30,083 nt of DNA from Fidelibacterota bacterium (GTDB lineage: Bacteria; Fidelibacterota; Fidelibacteria; Fidelibacterales; DSDE01), in NCBI GenBank assembly GCA_046735395.1, contig JBJKQR010000033.1:1-30083 (forward strand), in the 5' to 3' direction. Each line of letters begins with the position of its first letter. Position 1 is the first letter of the stretch. Positions 1 through 6,446 of this stretch are shown here, piece by piece. The position numbers and the translations under genes were made by a program. A model generated the notes under the pieces. That model had not been told where the DNA came from and ran no database searches. It saw nothing but the letters and a program-made list of their open reading frames with translations.

Positions 1-97
1 GTTATCCCTTCGTATTGCCGTGTTTTTAATGAATTTAAAACATTTCCGGATAAAATACAAGAGACATTACATGGATATATCTAATATTATCAATATG

Positions 98-205
98 TTA
101 TATATATATTAAGGGACGACTATTTATTTTCTTCAGGATCATTTTATCACTTGCCTGCCAGTACTCATAATCTTCCGAGGCATTCTGAGTGAAGGTGACC
201 GTCAT
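98..205 (-). pseudogene. yoeB: Truncated YoeB/Txe toxin (5' third only)
   Basis: Not in ORF track. ATG at 205 overlaps the yefM stop (ATGA). Reads MTVTFTQNASEDYEYWQASDKMILKKINS, matching the YoeB N-terminus (xxWEDYLYWQxxDKxxxKKIN), then runs into AT-rich DNA and stops after 35 aa. Confidence 0.8.
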
Positions 206-396
206 TTAATCGTATCCGGATCCACAGTTTTTACTTTTCCTTTTTCAACCTGCTCCATGGATTCAAATAAACGCCGGGCATTTGCTCTGGAACTCAGCAG
301 ATGAACGGTCTCCATGATATTGTTGTATTCATCAAGAGAGATCATCACAGCACCGGGTCCGCTTTTACGCTTGATTAACAATGTTTCATTGTTCAA
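202..396 (-). pseudogene. yefM: YefM/Phd antitoxin, apparently N-terminally truncated
   Basis: AVMISLDEYNNIMETVHLLSSRANARRLFESMEQ matches the YefM C-terminal half. Only 64 aa with a TTG start 18 bp after the upstream gene's stop, so roughly 20 N-terminal residues are missing. Confidence 0.75.
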
Positions 397-414
397 TGGA
401 GTTTTACAGCAATT

Positions 415-1581
415 CTAAAAAGATCTCTCAAAACCGGTTTTTATGAGAGTACTTTTCTGCCATTCTCCTGAAAACAGGTGACTGTCCGCGATGGCGAGAG
501 AGATACGGGAATTTCCTAAATTGAAATTGACTCCTGCAAATAAATATGTACTTGCCATTTTTTTATTGATTTGAAATGGATCCTCCTCAAGCAGGTAGTT
601 TCTATCAGTACTGATAATCCCGACAGAATAGGAGCGAGTTTCTTGCCAGGGAAACAGGATGGAGGCGGAATATTTCACCTGATTTTTTAAATTATTCTCT
701 GTTTGGTCCCAGTGGATGTAACTCGTTTCCCCGCTTATCGTTATGTTGTTTCTGAGTTGAACCTGGACGCCCATTTTCAGGATTCCCGGCCGAGAACCGA
801 TTAAATAATAGGGTACCTTCGTATCTCTTATTACCGCATTTAACGAAAAATTATTTTCATATGAGATGCCAATTTTTATTCCGAAATCGCTCTGAGTTTT
901 ATATTTATAACGAATACCTAAAGAATAATTTGATTCTGTAATAGTTTCATTATAAACAACACTTTGGAGTGGAATGGGGGCGTCCCAATCAAAATAATAT
1001 TTAAAAATATTCATGTTGTAACTATATCCGACAGATAATTGTCCCATAATGAGGGGAAGATTATTGAATGTATAGGCTGAAATAAGAGATATTTTGGTTA
1101 AAAGTTCATTTTTGTATGGGTGTGAATCGCCGATATCAAGATATCCGCTGTCATTTGCTGCCGGTACAATAGTTTCAACATTCCCGTAATCTGTCATGGC
1201 ATTATATACCTGATTCAATCCCAGTCCCACATGTAATAACCTAAATGAATGAACGATTCCAAGAGCCTGGGGCAAATAAGAATTACTGCGTTTAAACCCT
1301 ATATCTGCAAGCCATGCGTTCTTCACATTCTGTTGAAATTGATATGATATTCCCGTGACAAATTCCGAAAAATCCACAATTCCGGCAGGATTACCGGAAT
1401 TCAAATCAGATATCGAAGATTGCACGGCTCCAATGACACCAAGTCCTGATATTTCCTGAATTATCTGTCCCTGAGGTAATATCATAAGAGGTGCGGATGA
1501 AGAAATATTAGCTCCGAATGCAAAAGAAATACATAAAAGCAAAATGCTTATTCGTAATGAAATTTGTTTTAATTGCGCCAT
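415..1581 (-). CDS. Outer-membrane beta-barrel protein, FadL/PorV-like
   Basis: 388 aa. Signal peptide (..LCISFAFG), NPAG motif near the N-terminus, alternating beta-strand pattern, C-terminal Phe. GGAGG RBS upstream. Confidence 0.65.
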   Translation of the reverse strand: MAQLKQISLRISILLLCISFAFGANISSSAPLMILPQGQIIQEISGLGVIGAVQSSISDLNSGNPAGIVDFSEFVTGISYQFQQNVKNAWLADIGFKRSNSYLPQALGIVHSFRLLHVGLGLNQVYNAMTDYGNVETIVPAANDSGYLDIGDSHPYKNELLTKISLISAYTFNNLPLIMGQLSVGYSYNMNIFKYYFDWDAPIPLQSVVYNETITESNYSLGIRYKYKTQSDFGIKIGISYENNFSLNAVIRDTKVPYYLIGSRPGILKMGVQVQLRNNITISGETSYIHWDQTENNLKNQVKYSASILFPWQETRSYSVGIISTDRNYLLEEDPFQINKKMASTYLFAGVNFNLGNSRISLAIADSHLFSGEWQKSTLIKTGFERSF

Positions 1582-1745
1582 ATAAACCTCCCGAATGTTA
1601 ATATCAACTTAATGCCGAAAGCAATTTAAGCAGGTAAATGATGCAAGAAAAATAAAATTTGAATGTTGATTAAATTCAGACGTTTCGCTAATGGCCATTC
1701 ATTGAGATAGAATAAACTGAAAATGGATCCTGTCAGGCTTTGCTT

Positions 1746-1875
1746 CCCCCGCTTCGTTGACACATCACGGGATTCCTTTGCTTTGCTCCGTCACTTCGTG
1801 CCCATCGAATCTGGTGGAAAAACGGTACACTACAAAAAACTTCAGTCAGTGCTGAGATCTCTTGCTTTGTGTTCT
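1746..1875 (-). repeat. Composite repeat copy: hairpin unit A + linker + terminator-like unit B
   Basis: cccgcttcgttgacacatcacgggattcctttgc...gcccatcgaatctggtggaaaaacg...caaaaaacttcagtcagtgctgagatctcttgctttgtg aligns over its full length with 5363-5492. Confidence 0.9.
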
Positions 1876-1940
1876 CAGGACCCGGCATCAGTCCTGACTC
1901 CGTTAGAGTGATAATATTTATTTAAAATAATTACAAATAG

Positions 1941-1977
1941 AATGTATATTGACAATAGGCACACAATCACATACATT
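1941..1977 (+). promoter_or_regulatory. Sigma70 promoter with inverted-repeat operator for the TA operon
   Basis: TTGACA (1949-1954), 17-bp spacer, TACATT (1972-1977). Inverted repeat AATGTAT (1941-1947) / ATACATT (1971-1977). Confidence 0.7.
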
Positions 1978-1982
1978 GTATT

Positions 1983-2258
1983 ATGAAGGATCTTGAATGG
2001 AATGAAGAAAAGAATTTGTTTTTAAAAGAAGAAAGAAATATCAGTTTTGAAACATTCATTCCCTATATCGAAACAAAAAAAATTCTGGATGTTGTTGCTC
2101 ATCCCAATCAGGAAAAATATCCCGGACAAAAGATGTATTTGATAGAGGTCAATGATTATGTCTGGATGGTTCCATTTGTGGAAGATGATGAGAAAATATT
2201 TTTAAAGACAGCTATTCCAAGCCGTAAAGCGACTAAAACATATTTGAGGAAATCATGA
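1983..2258 (+). CDS. BrnT-like (DUF497-type) type II toxin
   Basis: 91 aa, N-terminal EWNEEKNLFLKEERNISFE motif, C-terminal SRKATK. Overlaps the downstream antitoxin (ATGA). Confidence 0.75.
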   Translation: MKDLEWNEEKNLFLKEERNISFETFIPYIETKKILDVVAHPNQEKYPGQKMYLIEVNDYVWMVPFVEDDEKIFLKTAIPSRKATKTYLRKS

Positions 2259-2533
2259 AGTTAAAACTGGATGATTACGAAAAGGATCTGCTGGAATCCT
2301 ATGAAAATAATGAATGGATTTCCGTAAAAGATAAAGAAGAACTGCTGGAGCGTCATGCAGAATATGCAAAAGCCCATGCAAAAAAAGATAAACGGATAAA
2401 TGTCCGTATCAGTGAACGGGATCTGCGTATGCTGAAAAGTCGCAGTCTGGAAGAGGGTTTACCCTATCAAAGCCTGGTAACTTCCATTATTCATAAGTTT
2501 TTATCAGGCAGGTTAAAAGAATCCGGTATTTAG
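2255..2533 (+). CDS. CopG/BrnA-like ribbon-helix-helix antitoxin
   Basis: 92 aa with KKDKRINVRISERDL...EGLPYQSLVTSIIH, a C-terminal RHH signature. Translationally coupled to the toxin. Confidence 0.75.
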   Translation: MKLKLDDYEKDLLESYENNEWISVKDKEELLERHAEYAKAHAKKDKRINVRISERDLRMLKSRSLEEGLPYQSLVTSIIHKFLSGRLKESGI

Positions 2534-2585
2534 ATAAATTGTTACCCTCATTTGATTTAGATGGAAAAAAATAAACGTAGAAGGA

Positions 2586-2814
2586 AAAAGCCCTGGTATT
2601 TCTACTAAGGCTTTCTTTCATCCGCTCCCCCGCTTCGTTGACACGTCACGGGATTCCTTTGCTTCGCTCCTTCACCCCGCTTCGTCAAAACTTCGCGGGA
2701 TTCCTTCGCGTTGCTCTGTCACTTCTCGCCCATCAAATCTGGTAGAAAAACGGGTTAATACAAAATACTGCCTGGGTCTTCTGTCTGGTGCCCCGGGAAT
2801 CTGGCAAAAGTCCG
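2586..2814 (-). repeat. Composite repeat copy: terminator unit C + GCTCC + two tandem unit A + degenerate tail
   Basis: aaaaagccctggtatttctactaaggctttctt..gctcc (2586-2628) resembles the tRNA-Asn terminator (5618-5660). Unit A at 2627-2675 (partial) and 2675-2731. gcaaaagtccg (2804-2814) is shared with 4319-4329. Confidence 0.85.
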
Positions 2815-2984
2815 CACTCTTTTGGTGTCTGTGTCAAATTAAACTAAAATAAATAGATTGATAGATCGGTTTTAAAAATCTAAATATTCATATATACTGT
2901 AAATTTAATGAAATATATAATAAAGTTTAGGATATAATCGAATATATAGATATTTTATATTTGAGATTAGAGTATGGAGGGAAA

Positions 2985-4184
2985 ATGATTATACGTGAAT
3001 ATTATCTGGAAAAAATAGATTGCTACATCAATAAGCCAATTATTAAAGTCATCACCGGAATGCGCCGAGTCGGAAAAAGTTATTTTATCAGACAGATCAT
3101 TGATCATTTACAGACAAAAGGCATAGAAAATAAACAGATTCTTTCCATAAACAAGGAATCGCTGGATTTTGATTTTATAAAAAGTTATCAGGATCTAAAT
3201 ATCTATATCAAAGAATATTTTAAAAACTGCACAAAAAAACGCTTCCTTTTTATTGATGAAATCCAGGAAATCGAATTGTGGGAAAAAACAATTGGTTCAT
3301 TGTTCGCGGAAGATAGATATGATATTTATATTACGGGTTCCAATTCTAAATTATTATCTTCTGAATTAAGTACGTTGTTATCAGGTCGATATGTTGAAAT
3401 TGATATCTATGCTCTCAGTTTTAAGGAATTTCTGAAATTCAGAGGGGGAAATGCATCAGACAAGGGAAGTGAATTTTTGAATTATCTTAAATTTGGCGGA
3501 TTTCCTGTTATTCATAAATTTGATCTTGATGAAGAGGTTACCTACCAATATATCCAATCTTTGTATAGTACCATCCTTCTCAAAGATGTGATCAGTCGGC
3601 ATAATATCAGAAATACCCGACTTTTTCAGGATGTTGTAAAATTCTTATTCAGCAATACCGGGCAAATATTTTCAAGTAATTCCATTAGTAAATATCTTAA
3701 AAGTCAGAAAAAAAACGTGAGTGTTGATACGATTCAAAATTATCTGTCTCACCTTGAATCAAGTTATATGCTTCACAAAGTGCAAAGATATGACATAAGA
3801 GGAAAAAAACTGCTGGAACTGTATGAAAAATATTATTTTGGAGATATTGGGTTAAAAAACGCCATTATGGGTTATAAGGATGCGGATATATCAGGACAGC
3901 TTGAAAATTGTGTTTTTCTGAAATTGAAACAGGAAAATTATAAGGTAACAATTGGTAAATCCGATGATCTTGAAATTGATTTTATCGCAGAAAAATCCGG
4001 GGAGAAACTCTATATTCAGATTGCGTATTTACTGGAATCGGCGGAAACCAGAAAGCGCGAATTCACGGTATTCAACGCTGTAAAAGACAATTATCCCAAA
4101 TATGTACTAAGCATGGATAACCTTCCGGCATCAAATATGGAAGGGATTATCCGGATGAACATTATCGAATTTTTACTGAAATAA
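2985..4184 (+). CDS. AAA+ ATPase, AAA_14 + DUF4143 (COG1373) family
   Basis: Walker A GMRRVGKS, Walker B FIDEIQ, ITGSNS, LSGR, GGFP, and C-terminal EIDFIAEK...YIQI. ATG 2985 follows GGAGG. Confidence 0.9.
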   Translation: MIIREYYLEKIDCYINKPIIKVITGMRRVGKSYFIRQIIDHLQTKGIENKQILSINKESLDFDFIKSYQDLNIYIKEYFKNCTKKRFLFIDEIQEIELWEKTIGSLFAEDRYDIYITGSNSKLLSSELSTLLSGRYVEIDIYALSFKEFLKFRGGNASDKGSEFLNYLKFGGFPVIHKFDLDEEVTYQYIQSLYSTILLKDVISRHNIRNTRLFQDVVKFLFSNTGQIFSSNSISKYLKSQKKNVSVDTIQNYLSHLESSYMLHKVQRYDIRGKKLLELYEKYYFGDIGLKNAIMGYKDADISGQLENCVFLKLKQENYKVTIGKSDDLEIDFIAEKSGEKLYIQIAYLLESAETRKREFTVFNAVKDNYPKYVLSMDNLPASNMEGIIRMNIIEFLLK

Positions 4185-4266
4185 AGACCAATTCGGCTCA
4201 GAAAAAAAAGAATAACATTTTGTAATCCGGTCATTTTTGAGTAATACAAAAAATACTGGTATAAAG

Positions 4267-4329
4267 CAAAAAACCTCAGTCCGTGCTGAGGTCTCTTGCT
4301 TTGTGCTCCCAAGACCAAGCAAAAGTCCG
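4267..4329 (-). repeat. Terminator-like unit B + GCTCC + gcaaaagtccg
   Basis: caaaaaaCCTCAGtccgtgCTGAGGtctcttgctttgtgctccc is near-identical to 5450-5492 and 1833-1875. On the - strand it reads hairpin followed by T6. Confidence 0.9.
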
Positions 4330-4354
4330 AATTTTTTTAGAATAAAAATAAGTC

Positions 4355-4383
4355 TTGACGTGTTACGTAAAACGTCCTATATT
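4355..4383 (+). promoter_or_regulatory. higBA promoter with palindromic operator
   Basis: TTGACG (4355-4360), 17-bp spacer, TATATT (4378-4383). 20-bp palindrome GACGTGTTAC|GTAAAACGTC (4357-4376, one mismatch). Confidence 0.75.
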
Positions 4384-4388
4384 TTAAT

Positions 4389-4667
4389 ATGATAAAGAGT
4401 TTTGCCTGCCGCGATACGGAAAAATTATTTAACGATATTTATATTCCGGGTTTTGAGCAGATCTCTAGGAAGGCACGTATGAAGCTGGAAATATTGAATG
4501 CTGCCATCAATCTTGATGACCTTCGAATTCCACCTGGGAATCATTTGGAAAAACTCCAGGGGAAATTAAGTGAATATTACAGTATTCGCATTAACAGACA
4601 GTGGCGCATTATCTTTAAATGGGATGATAATAACGCCCATGAAGTGCAAATAATTGATTATCATTGA
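4389..4667 (+). CDS. higB: HigB toxin (RelE/ParE superfamily)
   Basis: MIKSF...DLRIPPGNHLEKL...YSIRINRQWRIIF...IIDYH, the canonical HigB pattern. Toxin-first gene order. Confidence 0.92.
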   Translation: MIKSFACRDTEKLFNDIYIPGFEQISRKARMKLEILNAAINLDDLRIPPGNHLEKLQGKLSEYYSIRINRQWRIIFKWDDNNAHEVQIIDYH

Positions 4668-4675
4668 GGTGGAAA

Positions 4676-4969
4676 ATGGAAAAATATCTTGAACCGATAA
4701 AACCCGGAGAAATTTTAAAGGAAGAATTCCTGGAGCCCATGGGTATTACTCAGAGTGAATTAGCCAGGGCATTAAAAGTACCACCAAACAGAATTTCGCA
4801 GATTATTTCCGGGAAGAGGGAGATTTCGGTGGATACGGCTTTACGATTGGGTCGGTTTTTTAATGTATCTCCGGAGTTTTGGCTGAATCTTCAGCAGCGC
4901 TATTCCCTGAAAGTAGCACAGCGTTTGCATCTAAATGACATTGAAAATGAAGTGCCGGTGTTTGCGTAA
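4676..4969 (+). CDS. higA: HigA antitoxin (HTH-XRE)
   Basis: PGEILKEEFLEPMGITQSELARAL...TALRLGRFF..SPEFWLNLQ. ATG 4676 follows GAGGTGG. Confidence 0.92.
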   Translation: MEKYLEPIKPGEILKEEFLEPMGITQSELARALKVPPNRISQIISGKREISVDTALRLGRFFNVSPEFWLNLQQRYSLKVAQRLHLNDIENEVPVFA

Positions 4970-4986
4970 GTCATGATGTAAATTAG

Positions 4987-5037
4987 GTATTGGCATCTCA
5001 AGCCGAGAATACCTTTAAGATTGATGGATTGAAATAG
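4987..5037 (+). pseudogene. 3' remnant of a DUF4160-family gene
   Basis: Reads VLASQAENTFKIDGLK*, like DUF4160 C-termini (..FKIxPLK*), immediately upstream of a DUF2442 gene. No start codon. Confidence 0.5.
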
Positions 5038-5044
5038 GTAAATC

Positions 5045-5289
5045 ATGTATTTAGGAATTAAAAAAGTAAATGTTCTTGAAAACTTCGTATTGGAGAGTTA
5101 GAGTTTGAAAATCAGGAGGTAAAGATTTTTGACATGAAACCTCTACTTGAAATTGGCCGTTTCGCTGAACTGAAAGATCCGGTGAAATTTTCACAAGTTA
5201 TTTTGTCTTTTGACAGTATTGCATGGCCGGATGATCTGGATTTGGATCCTGAATATCTATATAAAAGTTCAATTTCAATCACTAAATAA
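5045..5289 (+). pseudogene. DUF2442-family protein, frameshifted
   Basis: MYLGIKKVNVLENFVLE / LEFENQEVKIFDMKPLL...FDSIAWPDDLDLDPEYLY. An extra AG in GGAGAGTTAG (~5092-5101) breaks an otherwise 80-aa ORF. Confidence 0.8.
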
Positions 5290-5309
5290 AAGAATTTCGT
5301 TCACAATAT

Positions 5310-5337
5310 AAAACCCCGACTTTCGTCAGGATTTTTT
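5310..5337 (+). terminator. Intrinsic terminator after the DUF2442 gene
   Basis: aaaaccccgac-tttc-gtcaggatttttt hairpin plus T-tract. Confidence 0.55.
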
Positions 5338-5362
5338 GTATCGAGTTTTACACATCTTGGTT

Positions 5363-5592
5363 CCCCCGCTTCGTTAACACTTTGCGGGATTCCTTTGCTT
5401 CGCTCCATCACGTCTCGCCCCTCGAATCTGGTAGAAAAACGATACAATACAAAAAACCTTAGTCAATGCTGAGGTCTCTTGCTTTGTGCTCCCCCGTTAT
5501 CGTTTCACTCAACGGGATAAACTCCGGAGGGGCTTCCCGCTACGTTAAAACTTCGCGGGATTCCTTCGCTATGCTCAGTCACTTCTCGCCCC
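5363..5592 (-). repeat. tRNA-proximal repeat block: unit A, linker, unit B, interrupted tRNA-Asn 3' end, unit A
   Basis: Unit A at 5363-5420 and 5536-5592, unit B at 5450-5492. ctccggagg-ggct (5522-5534) matches the tRNA-Asn 3' end ctccggaggaggggct. Confidence 0.9.
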
Positions 5593-5617
5593 TTTGCTAA
5601 TAAATGTTACGGATAAC

Positions 5618-5646
5618 AAAAAAGCCTCGGTACTTGTACCAAGGCT
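5618..5646 (-). terminator. Intrinsic terminator of tRNA-Asn
   Basis: - strand: AGCCTTGGTAC-AA-GTACCGAGGCT-TTTTT, starting 10 nt after the tRNA. Confidence 0.85.
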
Positions 5647-5656
5647 CTTTCTTGCG

Positions 5657-5728
5657 CTCCGGAGGAGGGGCTCGAACCCCCAACCTAGTGGTTAACAGCC
5701 ACCCGCTCTGCCATTGAGCTACTCCGGA
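5657..5728 (-). tRNA. tRNA-Asn(GTT)
   Basis: TCCGGAG TA GCTC AATGGCA GAGC G GGTGG CT-GTT-AA CCACT AGGTT GGGGG TTCGAGC CCCTC CTCCGGA G. Full cloverleaf; CCA not encoded. Confidence 0.97.
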
Positions 5729-5892
5729 CTATATATCAAAAATCTTTTCTCTTCCTTCGTTCCGATCGAACCCCCATCCGCCGGCTGGCGGATAACAGCC
5801 ACCCGCTCTGCCATTGAGCTACTCCGGACTATATATCAAAAATCTTTTCTCTTCCTTCGTTCCGATCGAACCCCCATCTGCCGGCTGGCGGA
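5693..5892. repeat. 100-bp tandem duplication containing the 5' half of tRNA-Asn
   Basis: 5693-5792 and 5793-5892 are identical except 5779 C vs 5879 T. Confidence 0.95.
5761..5828 (-). pseudogene. tRNA-Asn pseudogene with palindromic replacement
   Basis: 5' acceptor strand, D-arm and GTT anticodon are intact, followed by ATCCGCC-AGCC-GGCGGAT and GGGGGTTCGA. The 3' T-stem and acceptor strand are missing. Confidence 0.75.
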
Positions 5893-5927
5893 AACTCCGG
5901 ATCGGATCTCACTTCAAAAAGCCCGAA

Positions 5928-5956
5928 AATTTAGTGAAACCCCGGAATGGTGTCAA
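5928..5956 (-). promoter_or_regulatory. Sigma70 promoter for tRNA-Asn
   Basis: - strand TTGACA (5956-5951), 17-bp spacer, TAAATT (5933-5928). Confidence 0.7.
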
Positions 5957-6122
5957 TCAACTTTTTATAAAACATGAAATATTTTTTGAAAGGAAATGAA
6001 GGGATGCCGGGTGGGATCGGAGATGTCGGGTGGCGGAGAAAGGGTAGGTCATTCGAAGCAGACCGGGTTGCGGCCGTCTTTCCCGCCCCAGCTCCACTGG
6101 AAATTGCGGCCGGAAAATTATT

Positions 6123-6158
6123 TTGCCTTTGGCGGCGATTCTGTTTAAATTCGCCGGC
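6123..6158 (+). promoter_or_regulatory. Sigma70 promoter for the His-Pro-Arg tRNA cluster
   Basis: TTGCCT (6123-6128), 17-bp spacer, TAAATT (6146-6151), then GC-rich discriminator CGCCGGC. Confidence 0.65.
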
Positions 6159-6169
6159 TATTTGAATAT

Positions 6170-6243
6170 GGTGGATGTAGCTCAGTTGGTAGAGCGCTTG
6201 GTTGTGGCCCAAGTGGTCGTGGGTTCAAGTCCCATCATTCACC
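6170..6243 (+). tRNA. tRNA-His(GTG)
   Basis: G(-1)GTGGATG/CATTCAC acceptor stem, CTTGG TT-GTG-GC CCAAG anticodon arm, GGTTCAAGTCC T-arm. Confidence 0.96.
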
Positions 6244-6255
6244 CAACGGAGGTTT

Positions 6256-6330
6256 CGGGGCGTAGCGCAGCCCGGTTAGCGCGCCTGCTTTGGGAGCAGG
6301 AGGTCGGGAGTTCGAATCTCCCTGCCCCGA
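6256..6330 (+). tRNA. tRNA-Pro(TGG)
   Basis: CGGGGCG/TGCCCCG acceptor stem, CCTGC TT-TGG-GA GCAGG anticodon arm, GTTCGAATC T-loop. Confidence 0.97.
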
Positions 6331-6369
6331 CTGGTTTCACAGCAGGAAAACAGCCTCAAGCCAATTGCT

Positions 6370-6446
6370 GCCCTGATAGCTCAATTGGATAGAGCAACGC
6401 TCTTCTAAAGCGTAGGTTACAGGTTCGATTCCTGTTCAGGGTACCA
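6370..6446 (+). tRNA. tRNA-Arg(TCT)
   Basis: GCCCTGA/TCAGGGT acceptor stem, ACGCT CT-TCT-AA AGCGT anticodon arm, encoded CCA. Confidence 0.97.

Noticed and set aside
1723..1911. 62-aa ORF
   Set aside because: It lies over the non-coding repeat block and has no protein-like features.
1740..5600. Classical integron (attC sites)
   Set aside because: I found no consistent RYYYAAC...GTTRRRY ends and no intI in the window. The repeats instead match the tRNA end and its terminator. IntegronFinder would settle this.
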